Positions 53,727 through 64,000 are shown, counted from the first letter of the stretch. The stretch: 64,000 nucleotides of DNA from Flavobacteriales bacterium (GCA_018608405.1 JABAZP010000032.1:17956-81955); one strand, 5' to 3'. Notes: generated by a model from the sequence alone, not told the origin. A program made the numbers and translations.

Positions 53727-56540
53727 ATGTCAGACGATAACAAAACACTATGGCTTCTAGATGCTTATGCGCTAATCTATAGAGCGCATTTTGCCTTTAG
53801 TCAAAATCAAATGATTAATTCTAAGGGATTAAATACCTCGGCGATTTACGGTTTTACATCAACCTTATTTGATGTGCTGAATACACACAACCCCACACAC
53901 ATTGCTGTGGTTTTTGATACTAGCGCTCCAACAGCTCGGCACGTTGAATTTCCGGCTTACAAGGCCAACCGGGAAGAAACTCCAGATGATATTAAATTAG
54001 CTGTACCATACATCAAGAAAATTATTAAAGGATTCAATATTCCAACTTTATATTCTGACGGATTTGAAGCAGATGATGTAATAGGGACCTTAGCAAAGAA
54101 AGCTGAAAAGGAGGGATATAAAACTTACATGATGACTCCCGATAAGGATTTTGGGCAGTTGGTTAGTGAAAATATATTCATGTATAAACCTGCTCGAATG
54201 GGCAACAAGGCAGAAATATGGGGCATAGATGAGGTTTGTAAACGATTTGAAATTACTGACCCCCTCCAAGTGATAGATTACTTAGGAATGTGTGGAGACG
54301 CGGTAGATAATATTCCCGGAATTCCCGGTGTTGGAGATAAGACGGCAAAAAAGTTTTTGAAACAATACGGTAGTATTGAAGGGTTGTTGGAAAACACGGC
54401 CGATTTAAAAGGTAAAATGAAGGAAAAAGTTGAGGCTTCTTCGGAAATAGCTCTGCTTTCTAAAAAATTAGCAACAATCATTATAGATGTTCCTATTGAG
54501 TTCGACCCGAATGACTTAAAACGCGACCCATTAAATAAAAAGGAACTGGAACAAGTTTTTGCTGACGTAGAATTTAGAACACTGAGCAAAAGAATCTTAG
54601 GTGAAGAAGTTAGCATTGCCCCTTCTAATGACGGTCAGATGGACTTGTTTAGCGCAGGAGCGTCAAACGATAGCAGCAATAGCAGCACAAGTTCAGCTAA
54701 TGAAAATGATTCTGAACCAAGAGAATTCAAGACGCTAGAGAATACTAAGCACAAGTATGAACTAATTGATTCTAAGTCAAAAATTGAAAGATTGATAGAA
54801 GTGTTAAAGGGGGCACAATCGTATTGTTTCGATACGGAAACAACAAGTGTAGATGCTATGGTAGCAGAATTAGTGGGCTTGGCTTTTTCGATAAAGGCTG
54901 GAGAGGCATTTTATGTGCCCATCTCTGCCAACAAAGAAGAAGCGTTGAAGCAGGTAGCTCAATTCAAGGTCATTCTCGAAGACAATTCTAAAGAAGTTAT
55001 AGCACAAAACTTAAAGTATGACTTAACGGTGCTTAAAAATTATGGTATTCAATTGCAAGGAGTCTTTTTTGATACGATGGTTGCACACTATTTACTAGAG
55101 CCTGACCAAAAGCATGGGATGGATATTTTAGCGGAAACTTATCTGTCATATAAACCTCAATCGATTGTAGAGTTGATTGGGAAAAAGGGCAAAAATCAAG
55201 GCAGTATGCGTGATGTTGAGGTGGAGAAAGTAGTTGAATATGCAGGTGAAGATGCGGACATTACTTTTCAATTGAAGCAAGTTATTGAGAAAGAATTAGG
55301 GAACGGTGAAATTAGAAAACTGTTTGACGAAGTTGAGATGCCTTTGATTCCTGTTTTAGCAGCCATGGAATTTGAAGGGATTAATTTAGACTGTGAGACC
55401 TTGGCTGAGTTTTCTAAGGAACTAGAATTGTCTTTGTCTGACCTAACAAAAGAGATTACTGAATTGGCAACTACTGAGTTTAATATCGACTCGCCAAAGC
55501 AGCTCGGACAAGTCCTTTTCGAGGTATTAAAAATTGATGATAAGGCAAAAAAAACGAAGACTGGTCAATATTCTACCTCAGAGGAAACGTTAGCGAAATT
55601 GACAGAAAAGCATGAAATTGTTCCAAAGGTGTTAGAATACCGGTCGCTTAAAAAGTTAAAATCGACTTACGTAGATAGCTTACCTGATTTAGTAAATCCA
55701 AAAACAGGCCACATTCACACTAACTACATGCAAACTGTCGCTGCAACTGGGCGTTTGAGCTCCAATAGCCCGAATTTGCAGAATATCCCAATTCGAACAG
55801 AAAAGGGAAGAGAAATACGAAAAGCATTTATTCCGAGAACTAAAGATTATCAAATATTAGCTGCAGATTACTCTCAAATTGAACTGCGGATTATTGCGGC
55901 TTTAAGTGGAGACGAAGGAATGATTGAAGCTTTTAAAAATGGAATAGACATTCATGCTGTTACAGCATCTAAAGTATTTGATGTGCCTTTGGAAGAGGTA
56001 GATCGAGACATGCGGAGTAAAGCAAAAACAGTAAACTTTGGAATAATTTATGGTATTTCAGCTTTTGGACTTTCACAACGAATTAACATTCCAAGAAAGG
56101 AAGCCAAAGTGATTATTGACAATTACTTTGAAAAATATCCTGGAATTAAAACCTACATGGATTCAAGTATAGGCTTTGCAAAAGAGCACGGTTACGTAGA
56201 AACGATCATGAAAAGGAGAAGGTACCTAAAGGACATTAATGGTAAAAATGCAATCATGCGTGGCTTTGCAGAAAGGAATGCCATTAATGCTCCAATACAA
56301 GGTTCTGCAGCAGATGTTATTAAAGTAGCGATGATTAATCTTCAGCAAGAGCTATTAAAACAAAAATTTAAATCGAAACTGCTGCTGCAAGTTCATGATG
56401 AATTGGTATTTGATGTGCACAAAGATGAAGTAGAGAAAATTAAATCCCTCATTAAAGATAAAATGGAAAATGCAGTGGAATTAGTTGTTCCGCTTATTGT
56501 AGAAATGGATATAGCCTCAAACTGGTTAGAAGCGCATTAG
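53727..56540 (+). CDS. polA: DNA polymerase I
   Basis: 5'-nuclease N-terminus, 3'-5' exonuclease (CFDTETTS), and pol motifs A LAADYSQIELRI, B RSKAKTVNFGIIYG and C LLQVHDELVF. 937 aa. Confidence 0.95.
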   Translation: MSDDNKTLWLLDAYALIYRAHFAFSQNQMINSKGLNTSAIYGFTSTLFDVLNTHNPTHIAVVFDTSAPTARHVEFPAYKANREETPDDIKLAVPYIKKIIKGFNIPTLYSDGFEADDVIGTLAKKAEKEGYKTYMMTPDKDFGQLVSENIFMYKPARMGNKAEIWGIDEVCKRFEITDPLQVIDYLGMCGDAVDNIPGIPGVGDKTAKKFLKQYGSIEGLLENTADLKGKMKEKVEASSEIALLSKKLATIIIDVPIEFDPNDLKRDPLNKKELEQVFADVEFRTLSKRILGEEVSIAPSNDGQMDLFSAGASNDSSNSSTSSANENDSEPREFKTLENTKHKYELIDSKSKIERLIEVLKGAQSYCFDTETTSVDAMVAELVGLAFSIKAGEAFYVPISANKEEALKQVAQFKVILEDNSKEVIAQNLKYDLTVLKNYGIQLQGVFFDTMVAHYLLEPDQKHGMDILAETYLSYKPQSIVELIGKKGKNQGSMRDVEVEKVVEYAGEDADITFQLKQVIEKELGNGEIRKLFDEVEMPLIPVLAAMEFEGINLDCETLAEFSKELELSLSDLTKEITELATTEFNIDSPKQLGQVLFEVLKIDDKAKKTKTGQYSTSEETLAKLTEKHEIVPKVLEYRSLKKLKSTYVDSLPDLVNPKTGHIHTNYMQTVAATGRLSSNSPNLQNIPIRTEKGREIRKAFIPRTKDYQILAADYSQIELRIIAALSGDEGMIEAFKNGIDIHAVTASKVFDVPLEEVDRDMRSKAKTVNFGIIYGISAFGLSQRINIPRKEAKVIIDNYFEKYPGIKTYMDSSIGFAKEHGYVETIMKRRRYLKDINGKNAIMRGFAERNAINAPIQGSAADVIKVAMINLQQELLKQKFKSKLLLQVHDELVFDVHKDEVEKIKSLIKDKMENAVELVVPLIVEMDIASNWLEAH

Positions 56541-56646
56541 TGGGCAAACACAGATTCCCGTAAAAGGAATGTTGTTCAAATTACGTTCCTATTTTTGAAG
56601 CATATTTTTTGCCATTTTCTAATAGAAGAGGAGTAAAAGGCAAAAT

Positions 56647-56674
56647 AAAGCCCAATGATTAATCATTGGGCTTT
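56647..56674. terminator. Perfect 28-bp palindrome acting as a likely bidirectional terminator between convergent polA and the protease gene
   Basis: AAAGCCCAATGATT|AATCATTGGGCTTT, flanked by an A-run on the left and T-rich sequence on the right. Confidence 0.65.
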
Positions 56675-56699
56675 ATCACTTATTCTATGTTTTTTAAAC

Positions 56700-58853
56700 T
56701 TATTGGACAATAATTTTTCTTGTAATATTCTGACTCTCTGTTCTAAGAGTAATAAAATAAATACCGGAAGAAAAATTGTTTGTATTTATCTTAAAGCTAT
56801 ATGGGTCGCTGTTCAACGCACCAGTATATACTTCCTCTACCTGTTGTCCTAGCATATTTGTTATATACAATCTTGCATTGTCGGAAGCCTTGTCAACCAT
56901 AAAGTTGATGTTTAGTTGACCTTCCGTTATTGGGTTAGGGAAAGCGCTGAAACTGTTATCCAACAAGTCATTATCGCTTATACCTACGGCTGAAGCTCCG
57001 TCTACTCTAAAGTCATCAATATAAATATTGTTACCGCCACCAGATTTGAACTCGAATCTAAAAAGTACATTAGTACTGCTGCGCATAGCTGCAGTAGTGG
57101 TAATGAAAAACGTTCTCCAATCTGCGGCCGATGATGGTCTAAAATATACATTATTTAGCGTTCCAGTGCTGAGAGAAGACGCTGAGATAACACCTCTTGT
57201 AGTCCAAGTAATCCCGCAATCTGTTGAGATAGAACACCACAATTGGTCGCTAGATCCAGTTTGATTCTTAAAGGCAACATCAAATGCAAATCTTGGATTT
57301 ACGACTTGCGTCAAATCAATTTGCGGGGAGATTAAGAAGTCAGATTCATTACTACCAAGTGAATAGCTTTGCAAAAATACTGAGGAGTTTCCGGTCAAAG
57401 ATCCCGTTTGTGTTCTTGTCCAGCTAAAACCTCCAGTTGGGTCAAAAACAATCCAATCATTATTAAATCCTGTGAACGATTCAAAACCATCACTGTAGCC
57501 AAATCCGTTGTAGGCAACAGCTGGGTCTTTTACATTAACGTAGTCTTGCATGACAAGAGTATCAGAACCTCCATTATTAGTAACAATAAGTGTTACATCG
57601 TGCTCTCCTGCTGTTGAGTAAGTAACAGTTGGATTTGCTAATGTTGATGTGGAAGGCGTAGCACCTGGGAATGACCAATTGTATGCTGTTATGGTATCTC
57701 CTTGGTAAGAGTCTTCACTAAATGACAGTTGACCACCAACACAGACTAACTTTTGTTGATCATCAATAATGTACGCTTTAGGCGGACAATTTTGAGTTAC
57801 ATAACCATTGTTTGTACCTGTTGCTACAAGATTGCCATTTGTTCTTAAATTATTTAGTTGGCTATATAGACTGAAGGCGGCTAGCATTCTACTTTTTTGA
57901 CCGTTCGTAAACAATGTTTGACAATCATCGTAACTCATGTAGTTTTCTAATTGATCCGGAACATTAGTGCTGTATGGATTTGGGTTTGCAGTACTGCCTC
58001 CTGTAGCATCATTTGAACAAGTGTTATTACTGTAATTACATCCAAAAGTTTGTCCAGATGTAGGAGGAGTATCACATACAAAATCACCACTTCCGTTACA
58101 ACTAGATCCGCAACTGCCTTGAAATGGGTGAAATAATCCAAAACAATGACCCACCTCGTGAGTAGCAGTTCTTCCTCCAGTACCGGCGGCTGTTCCTATG
58201 TTACCCCATTGATCGTTTCGACAAACTAGTCCAAAAGTGCTTAAGTTTCCGGAGTTAGGAAACTGAGCGTAACCTAAAGTAGTTCCATTTCCACTTCCGC
58301 GAATAGAGTTTACCAACCAAACGTTTAAGTATTCATCAGAAGGCCAATAAGAAAGAGCCTTAACCTCATTACGTTTATCATAAGTGAGGAATGAGTTAAT
58401 TCTGTTTACACCCTCAGTACACTGACCATTTGGGTCAAGATTGGCTAATTTAAATTGAATTTGAACATCTGCTGCAATATTTCTAAAAATCGTTCTTGTG
58501 CTTACAGTATCTGCGTTTAACTTCTGAAAATCTTCATTTAAAACACGTATCCCGTCATCAATTTGCTGTTTAGTTATATTTCCTAAGCCATCATAATGAA
58601 TTACATGCACAACTACTGGAACTGTTATGATAGGAGCTTTGTTATTTTGGCCACCTTTGATTGAATTGAGCTGAGAAAGCTCAGATAGTTGTATTTGCTC
58701 TTCCCAAAATGAACTTTCAACAGATGGATTTTCGTTGAAATACTCCTGCAACATTTCATCCGTTGCGCACCATTCTGTTTGCTGAGCAGTTAAATCTTTT
58801 GAGGTTAAAATCAAAAGTGTAATTAGTAATAAATGTGAAATATGTTTTTTCAT
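56700..58853 (-). CDS. Secreted M43 (pappalysin/cytophagalysin-like) zinc metalloprotease with PKD domain and type A T9SS CTD
   Basis: Signal peptide ...SKDLTA|QQTEW. Zinc site HEVGHCFGLFHPF (HExxHxxGxxH). PKD-like FPGATPSTS...YSTAGEHDVTLIVTNNGGSD. C-terminal FPNPITEGQLNINF...GIYFITLRTESQNITRKIIVQ. Confidence 0.85.
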   Translation of the reverse strand: MKKHISHLLLITLLILTSKDLTAQQTEWCATDEMLQEYFNENPSVESSFWEEQIQLSELSQLNSIKGGQNNKAPIITVPVVVHVIHYDGLGNITKQQIDDGIRVLNEDFQKLNADTVSTRTIFRNIAADVQIQFKLANLDPNGQCTEGVNRINSFLTYDKRNEVKALSYWPSDEYLNVWLVNSIRGSGNGTTLGYAQFPNSGNLSTFGLVCRNDQWGNIGTAAGTGGRTATHEVGHCFGLFHPFQGSCGSSCNGSGDFVCDTPPTSGQTFGCNYSNNTCSNDATGGSTANPNPYSTNVPDQLENYMSYDDCQTLFTNGQKSRMLAAFSLYSQLNNLRTNGNLVATGTNNGYVTQNCPPKAYIIDDQQKLVCVGGQLSFSEDSYQGDTITAYNWSFPGATPSTSTLANPTVTYSTAGEHDVTLIVTNNGGSDTLVMQDYVNVKDPAVAYNGFGYSDGFESFTGFNNDWIVFDPTGGFSWTRTQTGSLTGNSSVFLQSYSLGSNESDFLISPQIDLTQVVNPRFAFDVAFKNQTGSSDQLWCSISTDCGITWTTRGVISASSLSTGTLNNVYFRPSSAADWRTFFITTTAAMRSSTNVLFRFEFKSGGGNNIYIDDFRVDGASAVGISDNDLLDNSFSAFPNPITEGQLNINFMVDKASDNARLYITNMLGQQVEEVYTGALNSDPYSFKINTNNFSSGIYFITLRTESQNITRKIIVQ
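56703..56951 (-). other. Type A T9SS C-terminal sorting domain of the M43 protease
   Basis: The last ~83 aa carry the PNP...G.Y motifs of Por_Secre_tail. Confidence 0.75.
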
Positions 58854-58996
58854 GTTGAACTATTATAATGGCTGATAAAGTTACTCAAACTAAGATTTAC
58901 TTTTATGTGAATTAACATTAAATAGCATAGATCTTTAGCCTGAAAGACAATCTTTTCTATAATAAGACGACAATTAAGTGTAAAAAGTTGTTCAAT

Positions 58997-60157
58997 TCAT
59001 ACCGATTTTAATGCAGAATCTAGGTCTTCAATTAAATCATGAATATCTTCTATACCCACACTAAGCCGTATTAATGATTCAACAATACCTAATTTCTCTC
59101 GTTCTTCTGCGGGAATAGAGGTATGAGTCATTGTCGCGGGATGACATGTTAAACTTTCAACACCGCCTAGTGACTCTGCTAACATAAAAATTTTGAAAGT
59201 GGACATTACTTTAAACGCATCATCCTTACTATTCCCTTTTAGTGAAAACGATATCATTCCGCCGTAATCTCTCATTTGGCTTCTAGCAATGCTGTGGTTT
59301 GGATGCTCTTTGAAACCAGGCCAATAAACGTTTTCAACCTTTGGGTGTTCAGTTAAAAACTGGGCAATTTTTTTCCCATTTTCACTGTGCCGCTGCATTC
59401 TCAGATGCAATGTTTTGGTTCCTCTGAGTGCTAAAAAACTATCTTGTGGACCACAAACAGCCCCACTACTTTTTTGAATAAAATACAATCGCTCCGCCAA
59501 AGCATCGTCTTTGCAGATTAAGGCTCCCATGATAACATCGGAGTGGCCCGCGAGATACTTTGTGACTGAATGCATCACGATATCGGCTCCTAAATCTAAG
59601 GGGTTTTGTAAAAAAGGCGTTGCAAACGTATTGTCGACTGCCAATAAAATGTTGTGCTTTTTAGCCACTTTGGATACTGAAATAATGTCGATGATGTTCA
59701 TCATCGGGTTAGTTGGCGTTTCAACCCAAATGAGCTTTGTCGCGCCGGTGATTGCCTCTTCAATCACTGTCATATCGTTCATTGGAACAAATTTGAAAAG
59801 GATTCCCAGTTGCGCAAAAACCTGAGCAAATAGACGATAGGAGCCGCCATATAAGTCATTTGTTGCAATTACTTCATCTCCGGTTTTCAAAAGCTTTAGC
59901 ACTGCATCAATAGCAGCTACGCCACTGCCAAAACAAAGCCCATACTTGCCATTTTCCAAGACAGCTAAATTATCTTCTAGTGCCTTTCTTGTTGGGTTAC
60001 TAGATCTAGAATATTCATAGCCTTTATGCTTCCCGGGGGCTTTTTGTTGGTAGGTAGACGTTTGATAAATCGGAGTCATTACCGCTCCAGTTGAAGGGTC
60101 AGGCTTCAAACCGGCGTGAATAACCTTTGTTCCAAATCTCATTCCCTTTTTTTTCAT
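58997..60157 (-). CDS. PLP-dependent transsulfuration enzyme (cystathionine gamma-synthase / gamma- or beta-lyase family)
   Basis: TKVIHAG, YSRSSNPTR, PLP lysine in HSVTKYLAGHSD, C-terminal IRLSVGIED. 386 aa. Confidence 0.85.
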   Translation of the reverse strand: MKKKGMRFGTKVIHAGLKPDPSTGAVMTPIYQTSTYQQKAPGKHKGYEYSRSSNPTRKALEDNLAVLENGKYGLCFGSGVAAIDAVLKLLKTGDEVIATNDLYGGSYRLFAQVFAQLGILFKFVPMNDMTVIEEAITGATKLIWVETPTNPMMNIIDIISVSKVAKKHNILLAVDNTFATPFLQNPLDLGADIVMHSVTKYLAGHSDVIMGALICKDDALAERLYFIQKSSGAVCGPQDSFLALRGTKTLHLRMQRHSENGKKIAQFLTEHPKVENVYWPGFKEHPNHSIARSQMRDYGGMISFSLKGNSKDDAFKVMSTFKIFMLAESLGGVESLTCHPATMTHTSIPAEEREKLGIVESLIRLSVGIEDIHDLIEDLDSALKSV

Positions 60158-60217
60158 GGCGATATTAGATAATTGTTCTAGGCTAAATTAACCAAGCAAG
60201 AATTTAAATGGATGAGT

Positions 60218-61270
60218 TTAGTCCTTTTTAGCAGAATGAGTTCTCTTTACCCATCGAGGCAAGATTATTGCTCCTATGAATAAGTAAGGGTAGTAGCTAA
60301 TTAATCGCCAAATGAACGCTAATGTTCCAACAAAACCGATTGGAATAAATACTTTTAAAAACCCATCAAAAGCAAACTCCGCTACCCCAACTCCTCCCGG
60401 GGTTGGGCTTATTAGCAAAATCACCCACATTACTAGTTGGCGAGCGTAAATAAGGAGGTGACTATCTACAGAAATGAACGCAAGAATAATAAAATTTACC
60501 ACCCAGAATCGCGCTGTCCACGAAACGAAAGTTGCCCCAAATGCTTTTAACCAAAAAGAAAAAGGTTTGTGCCTCAATTCCTTAGATGTTATCATGATTT
60601 CATCTCCCGTTTCGCCAGCTTGTACCCTCCACTTTTTTAGAAAAGGAAGGCTAAAAACCTTTAGTAGAAGCCATTTGAAGCCTCGAGGCCGAAAGAATAT
60701 AGCGTAGCAAATAAAAGAGGTTAAAAATAAGATGAACCCATAACCTAAAACAAACACGTCTTTTGTTCCCCAAGTCATTCCAAAAATTTCTGTTTGCAAT
60801 CCTTCGGGGAATAGTTGTGAAACACCAATAACACCAACTATGGTTGGAACCATTATGATGTAAAAAAGCTCATCTAAAAAAGCTGAAGACAAAACTACCG
60901 CTGTGCTTCGTCCTAAGCCTACACCTTCTTTGTTTACAATGTAAATGGCAACTCCTGAACCACCAACAACTGAAGGTGTAATCGCAGATGCAAATTCCCA
61001 CAGCATAATTGTGTCAAAACTATTTCGCCAAGAAATCTTATAGTCAGTTAAAATTCGAATGCGCGCCATATAAGCGAAATCTCTAAGGGCAATCATTAGC
61101 ACTGCTATTGAAATCCAAAGAGTTGCTGTCCACGACCAGCTTAAATTTTCAAAGTTTTTAGGGTCGTATTCTTGGTACATGAGGTAACTAGCAACCATCA
61201 ATCCAATGAAAATGGTAACCCAAATTCTTGTTGGGGAAAATAGTTTAAGTGCTTTCAGATTTTGGCTCAT
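60218..61270 (-). CDS. Polytopic membrane protein, flippase-like / lysyl-phosphatidylglycerol-synthase TM-region (UPF0104)-like
   Basis: 350 aa with ~8 TM helices. The family assignment comes from overall resemblance only. Confidence 0.5.
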   Translation of the reverse strand: MSQNLKALKLFSPTRIWVTIFIGLMVASYLMYQEYDPKNFENLSWSWTATLWISIAVLMIALRDFAYMARIRILTDYKISWRNSFDTIMLWEFASAITPSVVGGSGVAIYIVNKEGVGLGRSTAVVLSSAFLDELFYIIMVPTIVGVIGVSQLFPEGLQTEIFGMTWGTKDVFVLGYGFILFLTSFICYAIFFRPRGFKWLLLKVFSLPFLKKWRVQAGETGDEIMITSKELRHKPFSFWLKAFGATFVSWTARFWVVNFIILAFISVDSHLLIYARQLVMWVILLISPTPGGVGVAEFAFDGFLKVFIPIGFVGTLAFIWRLISYYPYLFIGAIILPRWVKRTHSAKKD

Positions 61271-61313
61271 TGCGGAGAGAATTCCCTTTATTTTTGTACT
61301 TCAAATTATCACT

Positions 61314-61664
61314 ATGAAAAAGGCATATTACTTATCTACCTGTTCCACATGTCAAAAGATTTTAGCTCAAATAAAAGCTCCGGAATCTTTTCAAATGCAA
61401 GATATTAAAACTAGCCCAATTACCTTAGCTCAATTGGAAGAAATGCGAGAATTGGCAGGTAATTATGAATCTCTTTTTAGCCGAAGAGCTTTAAAATATA
61501 GAAGTATGAGACTGAATGAGCAAAAGTTAGTAGAAGATGATTACAAGAATTGGATCTTAAAAGAGTACACTTTTCTAAAAAGGCCTGTTTTCATTGTCAA
61601 TGACAAAATATTTATAGGCAATTCAAAAAAGGTGGTTGAAGCATTTCTATCCGAAATTCAATAA
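61314..61664 (+). CDS. ArsC/Spx/YffB-family thioredoxin-fold protein
   Basis: From ATG 61314: MKKAYYLSTCSTCQKIL... with the N-terminal Cys motif and ~116-aa size of this family. The longer track ORF (61206) would overlap the divergent gene. Confidence 0.6.
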   Translation: MKKAYYLSTCSTCQKILAQIKAPESFQMQDIKTSPITLAQLEEMRELAGNYESLFSRRALKYRSMRLNEQKLVEDDYKNWILKEYTFLKRPVFIVNDKIFIGNSKKVVEAFLSEIQ

Positions 61665-62564
61665 GTGTTGGGAAAAAAGTTTTGGGCGCACGCCGCTATA
61701 TTAGGAGCAAACATTATTTATGGATTAAACTATTCCATTGCAAAAGATGTAATGCCTGAGTTTATCCAGCCTTTTGGTTTTATATTTTGTAGGGTGTCTG
61801 GTGCATTATTATTGTTTTGGATGTTTGCTCAATTTGCAGAAAAAGAGAAAGTTTCAGAGAGAGATTTAGCCTTGATGGCCGTTTGTGGAGCTTTTGGTGT
61901 TGCATCCAATCAGCTGATGTTTTTTTATGGACTGAATTTAACTAGTCCAATTAATGCTGCTATAATTTTAACCTGTAACCCGATTTTAGTTTTGCTTATT
62001 TCAGCTGTAGTCATAAGAGAAAGAATTACCTCCAGAAAAATAATAGGAATAGGACTAGGCTTAACTGGAGCAGTTGGGTTAATACTATTTAAAGGACTCT
62101 CTGCATTGAGCTCTGACGGGTTTATTGGCGATTTGTTCGTTTTCTTAAATGCGACTTCCTACGCCATCTATTTAGTTTTGGTTAAACCTTTGATGCAAAA
62201 ATATAAACCCATGACAGTAATCAAGTGGGTATTTTTATTTGGATTTATTTACGTTTTGCCTTTTGGATGGACTCAATTCCAAGAAATAGAGTGGGCAACG
62301 TTTACTACTAATATCTGGTGGGCCTTTGGATTTGTGGTGGTAGGGACTACTTTTTTAGCCTATTTGTTTAATATTTTTGGCTTGAAGGAACTTAGCCCTT
62401 CAGTGGTAAGTATATACATTTATTCTCAACCGCTAATTGCGAGCATTACGGCCATCGCATTGCAAAAAGATGAATTGAGTATAGAGAAAATCCTTGCAGC
62501 CCTCTTTATATTTTCAGGAGTATATCTGGTGAGCACTAAAAAATCAGTCAAAAAGATCGCTTAA
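61665..62564 (+). CDS. EamA/DMT-family transporter
   Basis: Ten hydrophobic helices arranged as two EamA-like halves. 299 aa, GTG start per the track. Confidence 0.8.
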   Translation: MLGKKFWAHAAILGANIIYGLNYSIAKDVMPEFIQPFGFIFCRVSGALLLFWMFAQFAEKEKVSERDLALMAVCGAFGVASNQLMFFYGLNLTSPINAAIILTCNPILVLLISAVVIRERITSRKIIGIGLGLTGAVGLILFKGLSALSSDGFIGDLFVFLNATSYAIYLVLVKPLMQKYKPMTVIKWVFLFGFIYVLPFGWTQFQEIEWATFTTNIWWAFGFVVVGTTFLAYLFNIFGLKELSPSVVSIYIYSQPLIASITAIALQKDELSIEKILAALFIFSGVYLVSTKKSVKKIA

Positions 62565-63170
62565 CCTCATGTCCTCAGTCAAATGAAAAGTGTTGATTCC
62601 AAAGGATTCAGCACCAACAAGGTGTTTTTCTGTGTCATCAATAAAAAGCGTTTCTTCTGCTTTCAAATTATTTGATTCTAATACAAGTTTGAAAATGTCT
62701 TCATTGGGTTTTCGCTTTCCAATTTCATGAGAGAGGTAGACTTTCTCAAAAAATCCATTTAAATTAGACAACCCTTTCGTAGACTCCAACTGCTTGTAAA
62801 TAAAATCTATGTGTAATTTATTGGTATTACTTAAACAGAAGGTTCGATACTTCTCTTTTGCCTTGTTCAGAATCTTATAATTTTCCTCGGGGATATTCAA
62901 AAGCATTGCATTCCAAGCATTCTTTATTTCATCAAAACTAATGTCCTCGTCGTAGCTTGCTAATTCGTTTAAAAAAGTTTGAGTAGATATACTGCCTGTT
63001 TCGAACTTCTTAAATATTTTACGCTCCTTCAAATCTGCCATTACTGATTTGTATTCAGGGCCATACAAGAATTTAAAATCTTGCTTGGTTGCTTCGGTAT
63101 CTAAATCTAAAACTACATTTCCAAGATCGAAAATGATGTTTTTGATACCTTCTATGTTTTTTAACTTCAT
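62544..63170 (-). CDS. HAD-superfamily hydrolase (subfamily IA)
   Basis: Motif I IIFDLGNVVLD, motif II CLSNTN, motif IV LFIDDTEKH. 208 aa. Confidence 0.8.
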   Translation of the reverse strand: MKLKNIEGIKNIIFDLGNVVLDLDTEATKQDFKFLYGPEYKSVMADLKERKIFKKFETGSISTQTFLNELASYDEDISFDEIKNAWNAMLLNIPEENYKILNKAKEKYRTFCLSNTNKLHIDFIYKQLESTKGLSNLNGFFEKVYLSHEIGKRKPNEDIFKLVLESNNLKAEETLFIDDTEKHLVGAESFGINTFHLTEDMRLSDLFD

Positions 63171-63201
63171 GATAAATGTTGGCTGAAAATTTTAAGCCTA
63201 T

Positions 63202-64000
63202 TTAGGTATGTAAGATTAAAGTATTTTCTGCTACAAATTGTTCAATAGTTTTGAAAAAGTCTATTATTTCTTTTTCTGAATTATCTGAGTTAATGGTGAC
63301 CAAGCGAATAAAATGGTGATCTCCAAAACTACCATGACTGACCATTAATTGAGAGTGCAGATACAATTCTTTACTCAACATTTTGGCCGGGATGTTCTTG
63401 TAATTAAAACAAATGGAGACGGAGTCGTTAAAACTAAACAATGTGTAATCTTTGTTGGAACGAATATAGTTTCTAGCTACCTCTGCTAATTCAAATTGAT
63501 GGTCTATAAGCTTTTCTAGCCCTTTCGTTCCTACGGACTTCCAAAGGGTCCACAATTTGAGGGCGTCATTTCTTCTTCCACATTGAAAGGAAGATTTTCC
63601 CGGGTTAAAATCGTCTTTTTCTGATTGAAATAAGTAACTAGCATCGCTGCAAAATGACTCGTACAATTGTTCTTTATGCTGCGTTACAAAAACCGAGCAA
63701 GATAGAGGGGTTCCAAGCATCTTATGAGCGCTTAAACTAAACGAATCTGAGAGTTCTACCCCTTTCAAAAAGTGCTTGTATTTTTTACTAAAAATAACCG
63801 ACCCGCAATAGGCGCCATCAACATGTAACCACAGTTGGTGTTTTTTACAAATTTTTGAGGCTTCAGCAATTGAGTCAAAGGCACCCAACACTGTGGTTCC
63901 TGAAGTGACATTGACAAAAAACGGAACGTTACCGCTCTCTACGTCACTTAAAATGGCAGCTTCTAAAAGCTCCATTTCCATTTCGCCAGCATTGTTAGTA
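63202..64000 (-). CDS. Group II PLP-dependent amino-acid decarboxylase (5' end beyond the right edge)
   Basis: PFFVNVTSGTTVLGAFD and the PLP-lysine block SLSAHKMLGTPLSCS. The frame stays open upstream of the track Met through position 64000 (...TNNAGEMEME), so the gene is truncated by the window. Confidence 0.85.
   Translation of the reverse strand, partial: TNNAGEMEMELLEAAILSDVESGNVPFFVNVTSGTTVLGAFDSIAEASKICKKHQLWLHVDGAYCGSVIFSKKYKHFLKGVELSDSFSLSAHKMLGTPLSCSVFVTQHKEQLYESFCSDASYLFQSEKDDFNPGKSSFQCGRRNDALKLWTLWKSVGTKGLEKLIDHQFELAEVARNYIRSNKDYTLFSFNDSVSICFNYKNIPAKMLSKELYLHSQLMVSHGSFGDHHFIRLVTINSDNSEKEIIDFFKTIEQFVAENTLILHT

Noticed and set aside
56655-56852. 65-aa plus-strand ORF downstream of polA.
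   Set aside because: It begins inside the palindromic terminator and runs antisense to the CTD-coding end of the M43 protease gene.
60158-60217. Possible SAM or other riboswitch upstream of the transsulfuration enzyme gene.
   Set aside because: The spacer is only 60 bp and shows no conserved riboswitch-like helices. The gene is probably co-transcribed with the upstream membrane protein gene.
61206-61313. N-terminal extensions proposed by longest-ORF calls (61206 for the ArsC-like gene, 39241 for pirin, 49162 for trhO, 13834 for the giant protein, 19745 for the methyltransferase, 41606 for the zinc-ribbon protein).
   Set aside because: Internal ATGs give canonical N-termini (signal peptides or family-typical starts). 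They also avoid overlap with divergent genes or promoter boxes. The exact starts remain unverified.

Overview
AT-rich chromosome segment of Bacteroidota (Flavobacteriia-like) type. Supporting signs are T9SS C-terminal sorting domains, a PorP/SprF gene, TAnnTTTG -7 boxes and Gln at +1 of every signal peptide. There are three blocks. (i) 1-13.8 kb, minus strand: a T9SS adhesin operon with a ~3100-aa multidomain LamG/FN3 protein (type A CTD), a nine-repeat cadherin-like protein (type B CTD) and a PorP/SprF-like protein. (ii) 14.0-39.2 kb: a tightly packed accessory locus of 24 genes, all but one on the plus strand. It combines ABC-transporter glycan export (Wzm/Wzt), ACP plus KAS III, a GtrB/ArnC-like polyprenyl-phosphate glycosyltransferase, a TMTC/PMT-like GT-C with TPRs and several GT-A enzymes. 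It also has three TylF-type methyltransferase domains, three PhyH-type dioxygenases and an AsnB-type amidotransferase. Most unusual is an isoprenoid-type sub-module: a cytochrome P450 fused to a class II terpene-cyclase-like domain with a DxDDTA motif, a UbiA-family prenyltransferase, and an orphan protein whose periodicity suggests a PT-barrel. I consider this the candidate novel system. (iii) 39.2-64 kb: mostly housekeeping genes (pirin, nitroreductase, ligase-associated repair pair, AKR, gpsA, hmgA, trhO, cysS, glutaminyl cyclase, polA, an M43 T9SS protease, a transsulfuration enzyme, transporters, a partial PLP decarboxylase). I saw no rRNA, tRNA, CRISPR array, transposase or integrase. 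All functional calls rest on motifs read by eye and remembered family signatures; no database search was possible.
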